Source: the human T2T-CHM13v2.0 reference genome, Homo sapiens
NCBI RefSeq assembly: GCF_009914755.1
Contig: NC_060930.1
DNA: 64,000 nucleotides
Direction: 5' to 3' (one strand)
Within the stretch, counting starts at the first letter, position 1; each line of letters starts with the position of its first letter. Made by a program: the position numbers and the translations under genes. The notes beneath the pieces are model-generated. The model had not been told where the DNA came from, made no database searches, and was given only the letters and a program-made list of their open reading frames with translations. Of the stretch, positions 56,448-64,000 are shown one piece after another.

Positions 56448-58959
56448 TTACATCAATAGCTTAATTGTAACCACTTTGAGAAGTTAGTTAGGAAATTAAA
56501 ATGTACCCACTGAAATAAAGCCTGAAATCCAAACAACTCATACAAAGTGACTAAGGAATGTGACTAAGAAAGTACAGTGAAGCTTCCAAAAACGTATGCG
56601 TTTGCCTAGGGAACTCTCAAAAGATGACTTCTCCTTGTATCTACTATCTTCTTAAAATTCCACGTAATTACAGCTGAAATCAGGAAGCAGAGGAACAAAA
56701 TGCTGAGACTATGAACCAGAGGCGAGGACAGACTGGGGTCCAATGAAGACCACCAGGACTTGCTTTTGTGATGTAAGAGTAAGAAATGTGACAGACTTTT
56801 AAAGACAAAGGTGAAACTAGGATACAGTTCCTATCAAGAAAACATGTATCATCTAACTTTTTGCCCATAAGTTTCTCTTGTCTGTTATGACAAAAATCGT
56901 GCTGCTTCCCAGAGCTACCTTTAAATTTTTAAATAATAGATACCCATGATTCCTCTTTTAGCAGTTTTTAACTTCTGAGTGTATATAAATCATAAAAACT
57001 TTAATAAGCAATAATTTCCTCTTCCCTTTCTTCTGCTACCATTTTTCCACATTCTTGTTTCTCTAATTCCTTTTTGTTTTCACACCAGCAATTTACTCAT
57101 TGCCGGAGGAGTAAAGGCAGGATGCTGAGGGTAAAAAGAAAACACTTTTAGCCTCTGTTTTCCTCCTCAATTTCCTCCTCAACTCATAGTGGTAGGGAAA
57201 AAATGGGTATCAGTAATGAAAGCATGACTAGAATCATAAGTGTCTGCTTCTTTTTATATACAGACCCTGAAAATAAAAGAAAATGTTGCCATCATTGAGT
57301 GTTATGAGTACTAACAACTTCAATATTCTTGGTGACTGGTTCTGCAAGTTTTGCTTTTTCATTGAAAAGTGTTCTTACGAGCTCTTCCAATTTTGATAAA
57401 AGACAAGCTTCCAGCTAAAAGCAATTTGATGAGTATGGCATGTGTTTTGCTTTTCAGTGAATTATTGAAACATATACATGAAACTATTTATTGAATCATG
57501 TATCTGTTTCTTTGTGTGAGTGTAAAAATGAAACAAGTCTCTAATAGTGCTAATAGAACACTCATAAAAATATCACCATGTAGAATCCCTTTGATTTTTT
57601 TCAAAGAAAGAATACTGAAAAGTGAACTGCATGCTTTACTCTTCATGAGAAATACTCACATTGAGCATTAAATTCTAGCAGATGGAAATCCTAGAGGTCT
57701 AGGTTCAAATGTTAATTGTAAGTGCGAAGACTGAAGCAAGGAAGTTAGTTAGGTATTCAAGCACCTGTGCTCTCCTGGCCCCTTCTGCTTACATCCCCTT
57801 TCTCCACCCAGAATATTCAAGTGGGGCAGAAGAGATAAGAGAAATATATAAATATGACAGCCCTGTCTACGCATACAGCTGGACGCAAATCATGACCCAA
57901 TGGTCCAGTCCCACAAACCTTGGCATTTTAAATAAAAATTCTTCTGAGAGTTTGTGCCAAGAAAGTATCCTGCTATTTTTTTTTTTTTTTTGAGGAGGTT
58001 GGGGGTGGTAGCCGAGGAAGCATTAATTAAGAGGTAATTGTTGTTTCTTCCAACTCAATAAAGGCTTCGTATTTGTTCTCTACAGAAATACTACATTTCT
58101 TACATACAATTACATAGGCTAAATTCTCCATGACCAATACCACATGTAAAATACTTACATAATTAGAAGAATAGAGAATTTCATGTGAAATAAAATAGGC
58201 CTATCAGATAGCCACAACAAAGGCTTGGAAACTTAGGTAGCCAGCATTTCCCTGTATATCAGACCCTAGAGTCACCTGAAGATCTCACCTCCCCAGATCC
58301 GTGAATGTGCCTCTGCCTCTGTGAATCTTTGCCCCCTACTTTCATTGCAGTTTTCTTTAATGCTTCCCATAGGCAGTCAAAAAAAAAAAAAGCAGTGAAA
58401 GAATTAAACCAGGACCTAGGATTTTCTCAGAGCAGAAGCCCGAGTTCTGCTCACTCACAGCCCAGTTCTCAGTTCTCTGGGTAACACTGACTAAATCACT
58501 GAGAAGGGACTGTTATTAGCATGTGGGCATAATGAGAAAGCATTTGGCAAATGTAAATACTAAATTATAACTCCTTTGGGAGTCATGGGAGAAATAGTAC
58601 TGTCACTTACCTAAGTCTGGTGAGGTAATATTCACTGGAGCCTCTTAAAAAGTCTCCCTTGTGGGAAATTACTTGGCAAATCTCCACCCCTATTTCTTGT
58701 CAGGTTGCATTTATTTTTACTTCCTAAGTATGATTGGAGAATTCTAGTCCCCACAGTATAAAGATTGCACCTCAGGGATTTCTGAGATGAATCTTTGGTA
58801 GATGCTTCATGGGAATTATGCTTCATGGGAATTATGCTTATGTTGTCTAGGAAAAGAGAACAGATTTGGGGCTGTGATGTTATACAAATATCATGCTGGG
58901 AAATTGGTAGAGAAAGTCACACAAGAAAATTAGAATCCACTTCTAGCAAAACTTCCTCC

Positions 58960-59630
58960 CAGTAGGTAGAGCAACTGGAACTCTCATATACCACCTGTAC
59001 GTGGGAATACACATGGTAATGCTGCTTTGGAAAATAGCTTGTCATTGTCTTATAAGGTTAAACGTACATTTGCCATGTGACTCAACAATTGCATTTTTAC
59101 AAGAGATGAAAACATAATGTCCCTGCAAAGATCTACATACAAATGCTCATTGCATCTTTATTCATAATTGCAAAAAACTAAACTACCCAAGTGCCCATCA
59201 GCTTATGAAAGGATAAAAAAATTACAGTTAATTCATGCAATGGAATGTCACTGACCAATAAAAAGAAATAAGCTACTGATACGTATAATAGTATGGGTTA
59301 ATCTCAAAAGCATTACACTAAGTGCAAGAATCCAGACGTGAAAGTTTACATAGTATATAATTACATAGTGCATAGTTATACAATGTTCTGGAAAACACAA
59401 AACTATAAGGACAGAGAATAGATCAGTGGTTTCCAGAGCGTGGGGTAGTGGTGGGAGGATACTGACTGCAAAGGGCACAAGGAAATTTTGGGAGGATGGA
59501 AATGTTCTGTGTATCTCGATTTTTGTAGAGGTTACCTGACTATATACATTTGTTGAAACTCTTCAAACTATACACTTAAAAGGAGAGAATTTTATTGTAT
59601 CTAAGTTGTACTTCAATGCATCTGACTGAA
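58960..59630 (+). mobile_element. Old L1ME/L1MD 3' end
   Basis: gtagagcaactggaactctcatatac...aatagatcagtggtttccagag...ggatggaaatgttctgtgtatc...tgtacttcaat. Confidence 0.8.
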
Positions 59631-60031
59631 GTGGGGAAAAAAAAGAAAATTAACTACTATAACTCGGCCGTTACCATGATGGAATAAGTTATCACTGGGC
59701 CTAGAGTTTACAATATGCAGCTATTCCCTCAGTCGCTTAGAGATATTAGGACATGCTGGTAAAACTTCCCACTTCCTTGTGGCATCCTTTTAGACAACAA
59801 GAATGAATACTGCTTCCCAAAAATTGTACCTGCATCAAGGAACTTGCTAGTGTTACATGAGCTATCAAGCTTAAGTCCACCAAACAATACAAAACACACA
59901 CATTCCATACATAAGCAGTGCTTACAGTGCTTACAGGGTGAATCTGCACCAAATAGAGTCTCCCACAGTCTTAACGAAACTTATAGTATCCAATAGTGCA
60001 TTTCGTGTGTATGCTAATGTGTATGAATCTT

Positions 60032-60395
<364 letters not shown>

Positions 60396-60482
60396 TAGTA
60401 CAATAAATGACTTATAGATGGAAGGAAATTGACATGAATATGTAACACCATCTACTCTTAATGAATCCTTACATAAACTTAT

Positions 60483-60524
60483 ACACAAACACACTCACAC
60501 TCACACACACACACACACACACAC
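60483..60524. repeat. Interrupted (CA)n microsatellite
   Basis: Seen directly. Confidence 0.9.
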
Positions 60525-63500
60525 TCTATACATCAGACATTGCTTCATTCCCCCATGCCAAATACTTTATTAATGAATGTCTTCCTGATTCTTTTATTTT
60601 AAACAGCATATAAGCTCAAGGGGAGAGGCTGTCTGCCTGTTTTATCTGGAGTCCATGTTGACTGTTAATTCTGGAAATCTTTAAGCATTCATCTATCCAT
60701 GCTGAGAGCTAGCATAGAGAAATACTCATTCCTGGCACGCAGCTCCATCTTTCATGTGGGAGATTGAAGGGTGGTTACAAGATGATAACTGTATTGCCTG
60801 AAGGAGATAAGTCCCCTTCTGCCAAAATAGTGCTTTGTATGTAATTAGTGTAAAAATTCAGAGGAATAGAGTTTATCTTTACAATCATCTTTCTCATGAA
60901 AAAAGAATCATAATGGAAGAACAAAGCAGTCCCTGCAGTGAACTGAATTGCTTTCCCTAAGTTTTCATTAAATCAAAGACTCAGCAGTTAGCCATCTTGC
61001 AGACACTATTGCAGTCTACTGCATGAGATTTGCAGGAAAGAAAAAATGAAGCAAACAGTTTTTTTTGTTTAAGACTTAGAACTGCATAATAATTATCTCT
61101 GGATCATAATTTCCTGCCTATGCATTTTTTGAATGTCTAGTTTCATTGGTTTCCCTTTCTAAGATTTTTGAGGACTCGAAGAAGCATCATCATGTAACTC
61201 ACCAAATTTAAATGTGATACTTGTTAGGACTTTTTACAAGTTAAAGTGATTGGGCTCTTTTAGTGGTCTATATGAGGAAAAACATAAAGGAAATAACTCC
61301 AAATAAAACAAAATATGATTAGAATTTATGTTTCTGGCCATTTTTTGTTTTACTATTTGAAGCTTCTTCCAAAAAATAGAGTGAATATCAATTTTTTGTC
61401 TTTAACTGCCTAATTACTCATTTCTAAGACAATGTCTATCTTTAAGACTCATATTTAGGAATTACTACTTAAGTCAACTAAATTAAAATATTATTTTAAA
61501 CAATTAGGATCTGGGCTTTTCTTATTTCTCAATTCAGTCAAAATTCAAGAGTCATTGAGTCACCCTAATGAGTATCTATAATTTGTCTGTGCTGTATTTC
61601 ATCATTTCATAAGTCAGGATAATAATAGTAAATTCTTTACAAGTTTCATGTGGGTTAAGATGATGCATAAAAAACTTATAGGACAGTGTGAGGCATACAG
61701 AAAACAATAAACTGAATATAATATGCCATCATCAACATTAGATTTGCTTACTAAATATTGATTCTTCTCAGCAAGTTGGATTTTATACATGTAACCCTTA
61801 ATTTGAATAAATTCTACCATGGAGACTCTGAAATTCAATGACCATATTCCAGCATATATGTTCTCCTTCACTTGGCCCTGGATGCCAGAGTAGGCACAAG
61901 TGTAATTCATAGAAGGATCAGAAATAAAACAGTCATTTTAGATATTTTCTTACCACTTCAGTGGCCACTGTGAGAGAACTCACTGATATAATTATTATAC
62001 TAGCCCATGACTAATTCCTAAATGCACAAGCTCAGAGACCCCTCCCCCAGGGTATAGAGTCAGAGATTTTCTGCCTGAGAAAGCTAAGCCAAGAGGAACA
62101 ATAGGAACCCCAAATCTTTGTTCAGAAGGAGCCAGAGCCACCCTTGGACTTCTAGGCATAACTGCACCCAGATGGTCCAAGCTATGAGAGATTATAAAGG
62201 GGAAGGGAGGGTTGCCAAAGGAAGAAGTGGAGAAAACAATTTCCTAGGCCAGTGCTTGTTCTAGAGTTTTCATCAGAACTGAGAAACCTTAAGGCAGAAT
62301 TACTTCCCACCCTTTCTCTCCCCTTGTTTGTGTGTGTGTGTTTTCTAGCTCTTCTCACATTTCCTCTCTTCACCCCAGCTTTTTCCTACTCACACAGCCT
62401 TAACTAATAGACAAATGGGGAAAAATGGTAAGAAAAGCATTCCTACTCCCTTGACTGAGACAGAACTTTTATTACAAATCCAGACATTGCAGAGAAGATC
62501 CAGATTCTGTTTAAGTCATGTCTGGAGTAAAACACTCCCAAGTTACTATTCTTTGCTCAAGAAAAGGCTCAGAGCACTAGGGTACCAATCAAAATAAAGC
62601 ATGCTGTAAATGAAGCTTGACCACCTTCTTTCCTGAGTGTTTTCTCTTCCACAATACACATAGAATGCATTGTAAACTGCAACCAACTGAATATACATGC
62701 CATACAGAAAGCAGTGCAGCTCCAAAGCAGCTGGGAACACCTAATTTCCATTTGGCCTGCTGACCGAGGTACATGTCAACTGCAGAAGGTGAGGAAAAAG
62801 AAGTGTGATTTGGCCAAAGCCAGGACAGGATGGCATTCTTGCCCCTGATAACTTCCAGCAAGGAATCAGGTTTGGGCACAGGAGCCATAGATACTTTGGA
62901 AGACCCTATCATTACAACAGTAGAAATATTCAGATGCATTACCAGAGGGAAAATTGGGTCACTGTTTATAACCAGAATTCCAAATCTCCACCAATTATTT
63001 GGAATAATCAATGAACAACACATCCCTGTTAAGGCCATCACAGTGGAAACTACAGTAAGAACTCTGTAAGAGATCTGGCCTTACTAATGAACTTCTCCAA
63101 AGACAAGAACTATCCTTAGATGAGGTCATTAAAAGAAATTGGTCTCCCATTTTTAGGCAAGATAAGAATGTTCTATTTCAGAGTTGGAAAATAAAATCAG
63201 GGTGGGGAGAGGAAAAAAATTAAAAATAATGCAAGATTAAAAAAAAAAGAGTTGCAAAATGCTCTGAGAGAACACAAAGCATTGGAGGCTACAAAGCCAC
63301 TTCTGGTGGAGAAGTGGCCACTAGGGTATCATTTGAGAAGGGGAGAAGGCCATGATATCACAGATCATGAATGGAGCTGTTGCTCAGCCATTGCTGAGCT
63401 GGAGGAGTGGGCTATGGACAAACTCAATGGACTACTGGGGCCTTACCAGATTCAAAGCAGCAGGTTCTATACCTACAAGTAGATTTCAACGTTTGGCTTA

Positions 63501-63947
63501 GTGGATGTCATTTGCTGAGGTCGAAATTTCCAGCTGTGCAGTGTTAAACTCGGGATGATTATAGCACAGCTTTAAACAAGCTATTGATTTTAAACTTTTG
63601 TTAGGCTAAAAGAAACTAAGTTAGATCATTCAGAAGCAAGTGAAGAACTCACCTTCTAAAAATAAAGTTAAGGAACTTGGTAAGTAACTTCTTTTCAACA
63701 GAGAAATGTGTGGGCATAGCTTATGTAAGTGACATAAATGTAGAAGTCTCTGCACTGTTAAAAATTGTAAGTTATTTACTACATGGAAACTTATTAAGTC
63801 TCTACCCCTGTTTTCTATTATTTGGACCTCAGATGTGTTGAGTAATCTAGACACCCAAAAGGAAAGTCATTGGTGAACGTGTTCCTATACTGAGAGTGTC
63901 TCTTAACTGAAGGAGCCAACCTGGTACGCAAGCCAAGGATGCAACTT

Positions 63948-63993
63948 GAGTTTTATACTTTTAGTTCTGAAGAGTTTTATACTTTTAGTTCTG
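63948..63993. repeat. Tandem duplication with period 24 (GAGTTTTATACTTTTAGTTCTG x2)
   Basis: Identical 22-mers at 63948 and 63972. Confidence 0.9.
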
Positions 63994-64000
63994 CCCATGA

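Overview
This is AT-rich, repeat-dense primate DNA (very likely human, given the AluY, L1PA, MER41 and MLT2A content). It lies inside the large 5' introns of SLC35F1 on the + strand. The only protein-coding sequence I can support is one 176-nt internal exon (51503-51678, ...[60 protein letters not shown]), recognised from memory as SLC35F1 exon 2. Everything else is intron filled with Alu, L1, L2, MIR, ERV/MaLR solo LTRs and a Tigger3 DNA transposon, often nested and with readable target-site duplications (TSDs). I see no CRISPR array, RNA gene or convincing new multi-gene system. The most unusual structures are: (1) a ~240-bp, ~92%-identical inverted duplication (14456-14695 / 15338-15585) copied across an L1/unique-flank junction and pasted into the same L1; (2) a twin-primed L1PA with a 10-bp duplication at its inversion point; (3) an old L1M with an internal inversion and two three-level nests; (4) a tail-less, TSD-less Alu; (5) a 45-bp dispersed direct repeat; and (6) a speculative degenerate DDE-integrase-like reading frame near 62.7-63.0 kb. 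Subfamily names come from recalled consensus sequences rather than a search, and boundaries of old repeats are approximate.
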